Source: Armatimonadota bacterium
GTDB taxonomy: Bacteria; Armatimonadota; SYMT01
Direction of reading: 5' to 3'
DNA length: 64,000 nt
NCBI GenBank assembly: GCA_041690135.1
Contig: JAWLHY010000003.1
Location: forward strand, 32,001 to 96,000
The position numbers and the translations under genes were made by a program. The notes under the pieces are model-generated. The model saw only the letters and a program-made list of their open reading frames with translations. It was not told the origin of the DNA and did not search any database. Positions within the stretch are counted from its first letter, which is position 1; each line of letters opens with the position of its first letter. Shown piece by piece: positions 1 through 9,174 of the stretch.

Positions 1-27
1 GGGCATGCGTTCCCGAACGGTCTCCTC

Positions 28-76
28 CCCGGATTGAAATCCGTGGCTGACTGACCGAAGTCCGCCTGCGCGGACT
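28..76 (-). repeat. REP-like two-hairpin element (same family as 24914-24960)
   Basis: Minus strand reads AGTCCGC-GCAG-GCGGACT-TCG...AGCC-ACGGA-TTTCAA-TCCG; same layout as the copy at 24914 with covarying stems. Confidence 0.55.
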
Positions 77-294
77 CAGGTGACATCGAGAGTACGCCTG
101 ATACATTCGAATACCAAGTGGAGTCATTTGCCGCACGGGTTCGCATTCTATCGGTGGAAGCGGAGTCCCACACGGCATGACAAGTACGTACCCAGGCCCA
201 GGCAGGCATCGGAGAGCCTGCCCTACTTCTACCGATGCGAGAACAGAGGCCACCCCGGTTACCAGACAACCGGGTTTGCGTGGCCAATGTCCCA

Positions 295-1161
295 CTAGGG
301 TTCGTCGTAGCCTTTGAGCTCGCGGACCCAGACGTTGCGGTAGCGGACCGGGTTGCCGTGGTCCTGGAAGCTGATGGGGCCTTTAGGACCATGGGGCGTG
401 TACTTGGGTAGCGCTCGGAAGGACATGGGGCCCAGCAACTCAACGGCGTGGTGGACCGCTACCCCGTTGTGGAGCACCGTCACCACCGCCGGAGAAATGA
501 GCTTGTCGCCGTCGAACCGGGGCGCGCGGAAGAGGATGTCGTACGTCTGCCACTCGCCCGGCTTCCGCATGGCGTTCACCAGCGGCGGGAACTGGCCGTA
601 GATGGCGGATGCCTGCCCATCGGGATAGGTGGGGTTCTGGTAGCTGTCGAGCACCTGGACCTCGTACCGGCCGAACAGGAACACGCCGCTGTTGCCCCGC
701 CCCTGGCTCTCGCCCTGGATCTGGGTGGGGGCGGACCACTCCACATGGAGCTGGCAGTCGCCGAACTCGTCGCGGGTGTAGATGGCGCCCCCGCCGGGCG
801 TGCCTTTGGGCGGCACCACCATGGCGCCGTCTTCCAGCTTCCAGCCGGAGGGGTTCCCCTTGTCGTCGCGCCACTTCGCGAGGTCCTTCCCGTCGAACAG
901 CACCACGGCATCCGAGGGCGGCTGGCCTGGGACTTCCTGTGTGCTGAAGGTGCCGGGTTGAACCACCTTCGGCTGCGGGCGGGTGCCGTCGTGGACGCGC
1001 CATTTGCCTCCGGGGAGAAAGGGGGTATCGGTATAGCCGAGCTGCTTGCCCTGGGCCTGGGCGCTCAGGCCGATGAACACGCCGGTTCCGACGGCGGCCG
1101 TCAGGGCCAGGGTGAGGCCGAAACCGCGCTTGAGGCGGGTGGATAGGGATGGGTTCTTCAT
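295..1161 (-). CDS. Secreted DUF1080 (3-keto-disaccharide hydrolase-like) protein
   Basis: Signal peptide; motifs VLFDGKDL, FGDCQLHVEW, GNSGVF, YEVQVLDS, FQDHGNPVRYRNVW; start moved to ATG at 1161. Confidence 0.9.
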   Translation of the reverse strand: MKNPSLSTRLKRGFGLTLALTAAVGTGVFIGLSAQAQGKQLGYTDTPFLPGGKWRVHDGTRPQPKVVQPGTFSTQEVPGQPPSDAVVLFDGKDLAKWRDDKGNPSGWKLEDGAMVVPPKGTPGGGAIYTRDEFGDCQLHVEWSAPTQIQGESQGRGNSGVFLFGRYEVQVLDSYQNPTYPDGQASAIYGQFPPLVNAMRKPGEWQTYDILFRAPRFDGDKLISPAVVTVLHNGVAVHHAVELLGPMSFRALPKYTPHGPKGPISFQDHGNPVRYRNVWVRELKGYDEP

Positions 1162-1315
1162 GGTCTTCACCTGCGAAGGGAGGCGAGGCCGCACCGCTCG
1201 CATCCGCGGTTTCCGGAGCCGTCACGGAGAACCGGTTGGTGCGGTGGCTGGTCGCGGTAGGAAATCCGTTAACGAAAGGTCTCTTCCGCTTTCGGCCTCC
1301 AGAGTCCTCCGGTAG

Positions 1316-1918
1316 TCAGGGGCGGGAGACCCGGAAGCCGACCTCGTAATCGTCCCACGGCTCGCTGACCACGCGGTTCCGGCAGGAGCCTTCGAATTCC
1401 ATCCCGTGGGTATCGATCAACTCCACCCGCACCACGCCGCGCTCGCCGGGGGAAAGCAGCCCGGCGTGGACGACCGCCGCCGCGAGCTTCGAGTCGAGGG
1501 TGTAGAGATCCGTGCCCCACAGGGGGCCGCCGGTCTGGCCCACCACTTCGAAGAGGAAGCTCCGTCCCACGTGGTGCACGTAGCCCTCCAGTGTGTCCGG
1601 CCCCGGTTCCACGGCTCTGCCTCCCTGCCGCAACCGGCGGATCTCCGCGCGAATCGCTAGGGCTTCATCGAGCAGTCCCTCGCGGGCGTACTGCGTCTGG
1701 AGCGGCTTCAGCTTCTCCGCCAGTTCCTGTTGAAGGGCCTGCACGCTCTCATCGCGCTTTTCCTGCAGCAGGGTGAGATCGCGGTCCGCCTTCTGGCGGA
1801 TCCGGTGCGCCTCCCGCTCCGCCTTGCCGGAAACCACCTCGATCGCGCGGGAGGTCGCCTCGATCAGGGTGCGCGCATCCGCCGGAAGATCCTCGTCCAG
1901 ACCCACCTCGAGACTCAT
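1316..1918 (-). CDS. Coiled-coil plus C-terminal LCCL-domain protein
   Basis: LWGTDLYTLDSKLAAAVVHAG is an LCCL signature; helical N-terminus; GAGGAG RBS before ATG 1918. Confidence 0.75.
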   Translation of the reverse strand: MSLEVGLDEDLPADARTLIEATSRAIEVVSGKAEREAHRIRQKADRDLTLLQEKRDESVQALQQELAEKLKPLQTQYAREGLLDEALAIRAEIRRLRQGGRAVEPGPDTLEGYVHHVGRSFLFEVVGQTGGPLWGTDLYTLDSKLAAAVVHAGLLSPGERGVVRVELIDTHGMEFEGSCRNRVVSEPWDDYEVGFRVSRP

Positions 1919-2101
1919 GGTCCGCTCCTCGTGCGCCCGCTTGCAGGGAAAGCGCGAGACTTGCTTACTTCTCCGACCCATGTCCGACACATCGCTCGGG
2001 AGTTCCTACTTGTTTGCCGAAACGGGACAAGGGGGGAATGCTCCCGTTTGCGAACTCTTCTGATAGACACATTTCGAACGGGGCCGGACGGGAGAGGGTT
2101 T

Positions 2102-3280
2102 ATGGAGCCGAAGGTCGCCTATCTGGCGGATGGAAAGCTGTTCCTGCACGACGGGGGAGCCGCTGCGCGCGAGGTGGGGAGCCGCTACGCACAAGAGATG
2201 GTGGAAGACCTGCAGCGGGCGCGGCAGAAGAACGAGTGGAAGACGCGCAGCCAGACCGGCCGCATGATGGCGGGAGGTATGCCCTGGGGGGTGGATTCCT
2301 CCGACCCCTCCGCCCGGAACTTCCGGATCGTGGGGGTCGCGCCGGGTGAAGAACCGGGGAGCCTCCTCTACGCGCTCGACACCGGCACCGTTTCCGGTCT
2401 CTTCCGGTACGAGGTGGCGGAGGATGCCGAGCACCGGCTCTTCCACAACAACCGGTTCCACATCCGCCACCTGGCGCCGCACCCGGATGGAAAGCAGGTG
2501 GCATTCTCCAACGCCAACGACGACGGCACCGCCGGTATCGCCCTGATCCCGATGAATGGGAACGGTCTGCAGGTGCTGACGGAAGGGGACTCGCAAGACG
2601 AGGCCCCCGCCTGGGTGCCGGGTGGGGGCAACCGGCTGGTGTTCCAGTCCGCCGGGATTGGTCGCAACCAGGAAGGCCACTTCGCCGGTATCGGCCCCAC
2701 CGCGATCCAACTCCTCGACCTGGACCGCGAGGACCTGGAGACGCTGCTGGAAGACCCCAAGATAGACTACCTCCTGCCCCGGATGACGGCGGACGGCACG
2801 CTGTACTACATCCGGCGGCCCTACCAGCCCCACCGCGCGCCGGGCGCCGGCCACCTGATCAAGGACCTACTGCTCCTCCCGGTGCGCATCGTCTTCGCCC
2901 TCTTCGGCTTCCTCAACTTCTTCTCCCAGGTGTTCGCGGGCAAGCCCCTGATGACGGCCGGCGGCCCGAAGAAGGAAGGGTCCGACCCCCGCTACGTGAT
3001 GCTGTGGGGGAAGGTGGTGGACGCCGAGCGGGCGGAGCGGGCAGCGAAGAAAGGGGAGCCGGCCGCCCTGGTCCCGAAGGACTGGGAGTTGATCGCCCGC
3101 ACCGCGGACGGAACGGAGCAGGTTCTGGCCGAGAGCGTGGTCTCCTATGACCTGAGCCCGGATGGGAGCGTGGTGTACACGGACGGGAGCACGATCTATC
3201 GCTTGAGCCCCAAGGGGGAGAAGGAGCGCCTCGGCGGAGGTAAGCGGATCGAGCACGTCATGATTCTCGACCGGTGTTGA
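2102..3280 (+). CDS. TolB-like beta-propeller protein with an internal hydrophobic segment
   Basis: PD40-like repeats (PHPDGKQVAF, DEAPAWVPGG, LSPDGSVVY); GGGAGAGG RBS before ATG 2102. Confidence 0.75.
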   Translation: MEPKVAYLADGKLFLHDGGAAAREVGSRYAQEMVEDLQRARQKNEWKTRSQTGRMMAGGMPWGVDSSDPSARNFRIVGVAPGEEPGSLLYALDTGTVSGLFRYEVAEDAEHRLFHNNRFHIRHLAPHPDGKQVAFSNANDDGTAGIALIPMNGNGLQVLTEGDSQDEAPAWVPGGGNRLVFQSAGIGRNQEGHFAGIGPTAIQLLDLDREDLETLLEDPKIDYLLPRMTADGTLYYIRRPYQPHRAPGAGHLIKDLLLLPVRIVFALFGFLNFFSQVFAGKPLMTAGGPKKEGSDPRYVMLWGKVVDAERAERAAKKGEPAALVPKDWELIARTADGTEQVLAESVVSYDLSPDGSVVYTDGSTIYRLSPKGEKERLGGGKRIEHVMILDRC

Positions 3281-3558
3281 GGCTCCAATCATACTTGCGG
3301 AAACTGATGCGGGAGTGCTGAACCTTCGCCGCCAACTCGGGCGGCAGGTGGCGGGCGAGGAAGTCTCGCGGGTCCGGATCAAAGTCGCGCCGGTACCACT
3401 TCAGCAGGGGGCTCGTTACGATCCGGTCTCCTTCTACCTCGGTTTCCGTGCCTAAATAGGAACGGGTCGCAAGGTCGAGTTGCATGTCAATCCGGTCGGG
3501 CGTGTAGTAGGCGATGGGCGGGCAGGAGCGGCTGCCGCAGTTGAGGGCGAAGTGGACC
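3258..3558 (-). pseudogene. Orphan 3' fragment of a DUF547 gene (copy of 9183-9466)
   Basis: Encodes VHFALNCGSRSCPP...YDWSLN; colinear with the end of the 9175-10785 gene; no 5' part. Confidence 0.85.
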
Positions 3559-3568
3559 AGGTGGAACC

Positions 3569-5023
3569 GGGTGTGATTACGAGGTACGGTAACTGCACTT
3601 TTGGTGCCCCCGTGCGATTCACTTCGGGTAAGTGATCGCGGCCTCCTCTCTGCGGGCCGCCCGACCCGGAGACCTGCATGACCCCCGAAGAACGTCAACG
3701 CCGCATTCGCGAGGTCGCGGAGCGCCTCGCCGAGCGCCTCGCCGAACACTGGCCGGAAGAGGGAGCCGACATTAACGACCTTGAGGATTTCGCCGCACCG
3801 GGCACCCTCTGGGTGGAGGTCGCGACGTGCAGCGGGAGATTAATGAGGGAACGCTCCAAGAGGAATGCGGGCGCAAGGAAGGAAACCCGTCCGCCTATCC
3901 TTGTGGGGGCGTAGCTACCTACCAACGGCACCACGGTCTGACCTTGGTAACGGCAGCGGGCAGAGTACGAGTGCGTCGTCCCTACTATCATTGCGAGCGT
4001 TGCGGGCACGGGCACTGTCCGGCGGATGCGCGGCTGCATTTGGGTCCCAACAACACCACGCCGACGGCCCAGGCCGGGTGCCCCCTGGGCGTCGCGGTCC
4101 TCTCGACGCTGGAGCCGTACGTGCAGGTGGACGACCTGATCTTCCAACTCGGACTGCCACTGCAGGTGGACCTCAAGAGCACGGAGCGGGTCACGCAGGC
4201 CGTGGGCGCCTGCCTCACGGCGGCCGGGCCACGCCGTCCCCACGGGCGCACCGCGCGGCCGGTGGCTGTGGGCTTTGACGGGGTGATGATCCCTACCTGG
4301 GAAGGGCGCAAAGAGATGCGGGTGGGGGTGGTCTATGAACCCGACCCCGAAGCGCCCCGCACGCCGGCCGGGGAAGCGCGGCTGCGCAAGGAGTACTTTG
4401 CCACCAGCGGCAGTCGCGAGAGCCTGGTCGCGGCGGTGTGCGCGCGGGCTCGCGAACGCGCGGGAGGGGGCGTAGTGGCAGTGGTCTCGGACGGAGCGGC
4501 GCTCGAATGGGTGGACCTGGACCGGTATCTGCCGCTGCGGGTGGAGATCCTGGACTTTTACCACGTGCTGGAGCGGGTGGGCGAGATTGCGCGGGCGATG
4601 CATCCCGACGCACCCCAGAGTGCGAATGCGTGGCAGGCCGCGATGAAAAAGGAACTGTATGAGATCGGGCCGTGGGAGTTGCTGCGGAAATTGGTCGCTT
4701 GGGAGCCGGCGAGTGCGGAAGCGCAGGGGGTCCGGCGAGTCCAACTGGCCTACTTCCAGAAGCAACAAGATCGGATGCGGTATCCAGAGTATCTCCGTCG
4801 GGGCTTCCCGCTAGGCAGTGGCGCCGTGGAAGGTGCGTGTAAGCACGTCGTGGTAGATCGGATGCGGCGGAGCGGGATGCGCTGGAAGCCGCCGACCGCC
4901 GATCCCGTGCTGCAGTTGCGAGCGGCGTTACTCACCGAACCGCGTTTGGATTTCCGGAGCTACGCCGCGACCAAACCTGCCGTAGCTGCAGCGTAGACCC
5001 TACCGTACCAGAGAATCACACCC
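3569..5023 (+). mobile_element. ISKra4-family insertion sequence, 1455 bp
   Basis: Terminal IRs GGGTGTGATTACGAGGTACGGTA (3569-3591) and TACCGTACCAGAGAATCACACCC (5001-5023), 19/23 match; 9-bp target duplication GGTGGAACC at 3560-3568 and 5024-5032. Confidence 0.9.
3678..4996 (+). pseudogene. ISKra4-family DDE transposase split by a frameshift near 3795-3826
   Basis: ORF 3678-3914 continues into 3827-4996; motifs RPYYHCERC, FDG, SDGA, LDFYH, GSGAVEGACK, RSGMRW. Confidence 0.8.
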
Positions 5024-5292
5024 GGTGGAACCCCTTGTGTATATTCCGCCGCAGCCGCCGCCGCGTGTTCCACGTATCCGCTTGCTTACTCCCGATGTGT
5101 GTCTCAGCTTGGGGGTTCACTTCAAATACAGCATACAAGAGATCAAAAACATTCTCGCCGTTGTAGGACAAGTAGCCTAACGTATGCTAACATAACACGG
5201 AGCCTCCCAGTGGACCAAGATGCAATGGACCGCTGGATGCAGTCAGCGGCAATGATGCCCGAGGCTGCCCGGTTAATCTCAAGGAGCATTTC

Positions 5293-6297
5293 GTGTTATT
5301 GCGTCATTATGTGGGTGAACTCAAATCCGCCCTAGTGACTCCTGTTGCTTGCCTCGTAGCAGGGCTGACGTTGCTCTTCTCCACTGGACCGGCGGAAGCC
5401 GGTTACTACGAACTCGTGCGTCACACGGGTTCAGGTACTCTGAATGGCAACCCCATTGAGAAGGGCGAGTACGATCCGTTCGAGAACGGGGATTGCACAC
5501 CAACTAGTGGTTCATACACCTTCACGGACACCTACGAGTATCAGTGGGTGCCGAATGGAGGTGACACCGTGGCCGACCCACCGGTAGAGACTGTGATTGT
5601 GGCGATGGCCGACGTCTCCTGGGGCGGATCTCCGACCGGAGCTTGGGAGCAAGAATGTAGCACTCAGGCTTCTGCGGTAGCAGGTGAGACCAGCTTGTCG
5701 GCAAGCTGGTATAACACCATTGATAGCCAGGGTGATGGCCAGTTCTACGAGGCGACTTCTGGAGGGGGCGTGCTCCACAAGGACGGCATTCTCTCCGGAG
5801 CAAATCCAGTGTTCGAAGTCACCTGGAGTATGTCCACTACAAGATCTGGATACAACCCCGCCCTCCAGGAACCGTACTGGGACTACATGACGCTCTCTCG
5901 GCAAGTTCCTGGCGGCAAGTATATCGCCATTTCGAGTGCCACAGTTTCCTCTCCACCGTTGACGAACCCTAATACCCCCATGCCGCTATCGGTTAATGGA
6001 GTGTGGACGACGGTACCTGGCTGCGGCACACTTCGACTGGAGTATTGGATCAAGTGCTACCACAAGGGAAGTCCAGGGAACTACACAACCACCCCAGGTT
6101 GGGAGGGTCATCCAACCAACAGCCCGAGTGGGACTTGGTCGGCCACATGGAATATTGCTTGGAGCGGCTATGGGGAGGCAGGAGTCGTCAAGGCAGAACT
6201 CTATTATGACTCCACACCCCTAGCTTTCGGCCCTACGTGGGTTCGATGCACACCTCTAGCGAAATCGTATAACACTCGGACTGTGGTCTCGCCGTGA
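5293..6297 (+). CDS. Hypothetical secreted S/T/G/W-rich (beta-rich) protein in AT-richer island
   Basis: AAGGAG RBS at 5281; signal peptide ending PAEA; atypical codon usage. Confidence 0.7.
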   Translation: MLLRHYVGELKSALVTPVACLVAGLTLLFSTGPAEAGYYELVRHTGSGTLNGNPIEKGEYDPFENGDCTPTSGSYTFTDTYEYQWVPNGGDTVADPPVETVIVAMADVSWGGSPTGAWEQECSTQASAVAGETSLSASWYNTIDSQGDGQFYEATSGGGVLHKDGILSGANPVFEVTWSMSTTRSGYNPALQEPYWDYMTLSRQVPGGKYIAISSATVSSPPLTNPNTPMPLSVNGVWTTVPGCGTLRLEYWIKCYHKGSPGNYTTTPGWEGHPTNSPSGTWSATWNIAWSGYGEAGVVKAELYYDSTPLAFGPTWVRCTPLAKSYNTRTVVSP

Positions 6298-7763
6298 CTA
6301 CAAGAGGCTTGTGTGGCGTGAATGGCGCCTGGGCTTGGCTTATATTCGGTGTATACCCGATCATGGGCATAGGGCCAGCACGCGCAGATTCCAAGCAACT
6401 CCCCACACTCAGGGAACAGGCGCATTTCCGTGCGCCTGTTCTCGTGAGCGGGCGGCCATCACCACTAGGCGAAATCATCAAGAACGTCACGGGCGTGGTT
6501 TCGCGCATTGCGAACACTTCGCCGGATGTTCGTGTGCCCCGTGTAGTATTGGACCCAGGTATACATGATGAACGCGCGGTCATCACTGGCGGTGCGGCAC
6601 CCGCTTGGGAGATTATGGAAGGTCTGGCTCGATTGTCGCACACGAAGTGGCGTCAAATCGGACAAGATTGGGTGCTTTCTCCCATACCAGATCTTGCGGG
6701 GCTGGCAGTCAAAGATAATCAGGAACGTGTTGCAGCCTTGACTTCGAGAATTCAGCCGCTGAAGTCTCTTACTGCAGCACAAGTTCGCCTCCTTCAAAGC
6801 CGTCGCGTATTCCGATCTTCCGACTTGACGCCTCAACAGCGCGATGCGATGCGGTCTGTTGCTCGCCATGCCTATGTGTACTATGGCCCGAGTGGCATTG
6901 GCCGAGAGGCTTTAGAGCTCCACAACGTTTCGCTGAGAGTGTCGCCGTCAGCGTCAACTCTACCTAACACTCCCCAAGTCTTCGTTGATATTGTAATGCC
7001 TGCTGCCGACGGTGGAGATGAAACGCCCATTCTCTCCGTTGGGGTAGAGCAACTTCGCGCGATTCCGCTCTTACCGGCTAATTCGGAATTGCCTGCCCCG
7101 AAGGGCGAGCCGCCACCGAGTTTCACGGGCTGGACGTTGCCAAAGACCGCGTCGGACTACGTCGACGATGTGGCACTGGCGCCCAAAATAGGCAAAGCGA
7201 GGCTTGTCGTTCAATCAGCGTTATCGGCTCTTGGACGTTTGACGGCTGCGAACAGGACCCCTCGCCGGTTTATTTGCAATACTCGATTTCAATTCAGGGC
7301 ACTGCACGCTGCGAACGCGGAAAGTACTGGAACAGAGGTGATGCGAGTTGTTGAGAGGCGAACGGGTGGTCAATGGAGACGCATTGGCGACACCTATGTC
7401 CTGGAGACGGATCCCCTACTTGACCGACTCGGGCGGCTTGAGGGAACCGCACGGAGCGAGTGGTTGCTCGCCGCTTGCAAAGAGATGCACCGAAAGTTGG
7501 GCATCCGTTCCCGTGAAATACTCCATGGCAGAGGGATACTTACCAGTGAGGACTTGAATAAGGAACAGCAGCGCCAGCTTGCGTGGATCGCGGGAGTTGC
7601 GTTCGCGACCCGGAATTCCGTGGCTTTCGATGCACTGGAGCTAAAGAAAGCCTTCCTCAGGCAGCGAAGCGCGGATGCTGCATCGGGGTCACGTCGAAGA
7701 GTACAGTACATCGTACCCACTTACTGGGGTGGAGAGGAAGTATTGGCAGAGTTGCCAATCTGA
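6294..7763 (+). CDS. Hypothetical secreted protein built from two homologous halves
   Basis: GTGA overlap with upstream gene; signal-like N-terminus ending PARA; repeated W-R-x-I-G-x-x-(W/Y)-V-L and ALEL motifs. Confidence 0.7.
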   Translation: MTTRGLCGVNGAWAWLIFGVYPIMGIGPARADSKQLPTLREQAHFRAPVLVSGRPSPLGEIIKNVTGVVSRIANTSPDVRVPRVVLDPGIHDERAVITGGAAPAWEIMEGLARLSHTKWRQIGQDWVLSPIPDLAGLAVKDNQERVAALTSRIQPLKSLTAAQVRLLQSRRVFRSSDLTPQQRDAMRSVARHAYVYYGPSGIGREALELHNVSLRVSPSASTLPNTPQVFVDIVMPAADGGDETPILSVGVEQLRAIPLLPANSELPAPKGEPPPSFTGWTLPKTASDYVDDVALAPKIGKARLVVQSALSALGRLTAANRTPRRFICNTRFQFRALHAANAESTGTEVMRVVERRTGGQWRRIGDTYVLETDPLLDRLGRLEGTARSEWLLAACKEMHRKLGIRSREILHGRGILTSEDLNKEQQRQLAWIAGVAFATRNSVAFDALELKKAFLRQRSADAASGSRRRVQYIVPTYWGGEEVLAELPI

Positions 7764-7952
7764 TCACGTTTGCGGGTCAGCCCACTAGTGGTAGCACCCC
7801 ACTTGAGCGTGGTCGAGGGTTAGAAGTCAAGCAGTGGGGCCGTGTGATTCAATTCCGGTGGGATGTCTACCAGAGCTTCCCGTCGTGATGAACCCATGGC
7901 CCCGGCAGAGATGTTCTGCGCGGCCGACACATGTCCTCGGCGTGGTCAAATC

Positions 7953-9144
7953 GGGTGCCCGTCAGGTTTTCGCGTGAACGGAGAGTGCGGTGGGGCGAAT
8001 ACGGGCGAGTACGGCGGCAGTCGCCTGCCACGCCGCTTTCCACCGGCCGCTACACTGCGCATTCCGGAGGGCGAGCATGGGGTTTACGTGCGCCTCTCCC
8101 CGGCCCACCAGTGCTGGTTCCCTTCGCTCCGCGCCCAGCGGACGCGGCTAAAGGTATGGAGATGTTCGGCCGCGTGCCAGAAGTCGAGCCCGCGGAACGC
8201 CTCCGGACAGTAGCGTTCCGGAAAGCGTGGACACCACGGGGCGCCGTCCGAGCCGAAAGCGACCACCGGAGCTTCCGCCAAGCCGCAGAGCGCCACTTCT
8301 CCGGTCGCTTGTTCCACAGATTCCTCGGCGGTTACCTTCCGGGAGAAATAGGAGAGGGCTGTGCACGGGGGAGTACCGTCCGCGCTCGGCTCTACCGCGC
8401 CGATCACCAACGTGCGCACTTCGGCCCACCGGCCGCCGGTCAAGGGGACATGTGCCTCATCGACACTCGTATACAACCGGTCCGGTGGGTCGTCTCCTGC
8501 CGCCACGGGGGCGGGGCCAAGACCAGCAGCACCGGCCCGGCCCGTTCTACGTACCGCCGCACCGTCGTTTCGCTAACCGGCGTGCCGGTGAAGGCGGTGA
8601 ACAACTCGCCCGCCCGCCCGAACGAAGGCACCATGTTGCCCGGCTGGACGAGCCGCTCGTGCAGCAACGGGGTCAGGTCTCCCGACCGGAGGCCCAGTTC
8701 TTCATCCAGAGGGGAAAAAAGCCTGCTCGCAACCGGAGCAGGTCGCATGTTCGCCAAACGGACCTCCTGATCTCCGTGGCCCCGCAGCGTCCGCGTTTTG
8801 GCGCCGCGGGGCTGCACCGGCACGCCGCGCGTGGGGCACACCGGGCGCTCCTCTGGAGGGTGGGTGGAGAAGAACGCGGCCTCGCTGTGCTGCGCCAGGT
8901 CTTGCACCAGAGTTGCTTGTAGACGGGTCAGTACGCGCTGGGCCTCCGCTTCGATGGCGGCCAGGGTGGCCTGCGGATGTTCCCGCCGCCACGCGGTCAA
9001 GTGCTCCTGGACTTCGGTGAAGATTTCGGACCAATCGGGCTGGAAATCATGTCGGGTCATCGGTGTGTCCACTGAAGGTTGAATCACAGTCCGTTCCGGA
9101 TGAGTCATTTATCTCCCATCGGCCCGAAACCCTGACGGGCACCC
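7953..9144 (-). mobile_element. Degenerate ISKra4-like IS with decayed transposase
   Basis: IRs GGGTGCCCGTCAGGTTTTCG (7953-7972) and CGAAACCCTGACGGGCACCC (9125-9144), 19/20; fragments 8440-9108 (WRREHPQATLAAIE) and 8084-8506 (SDGAPW, LDFWHAAEHL) in different frames; no target duplication. Confidence 0.8.
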
Positions 9145-9174
9145 CGTTTCTGCAGTCCTGGTACTCGATGGACC

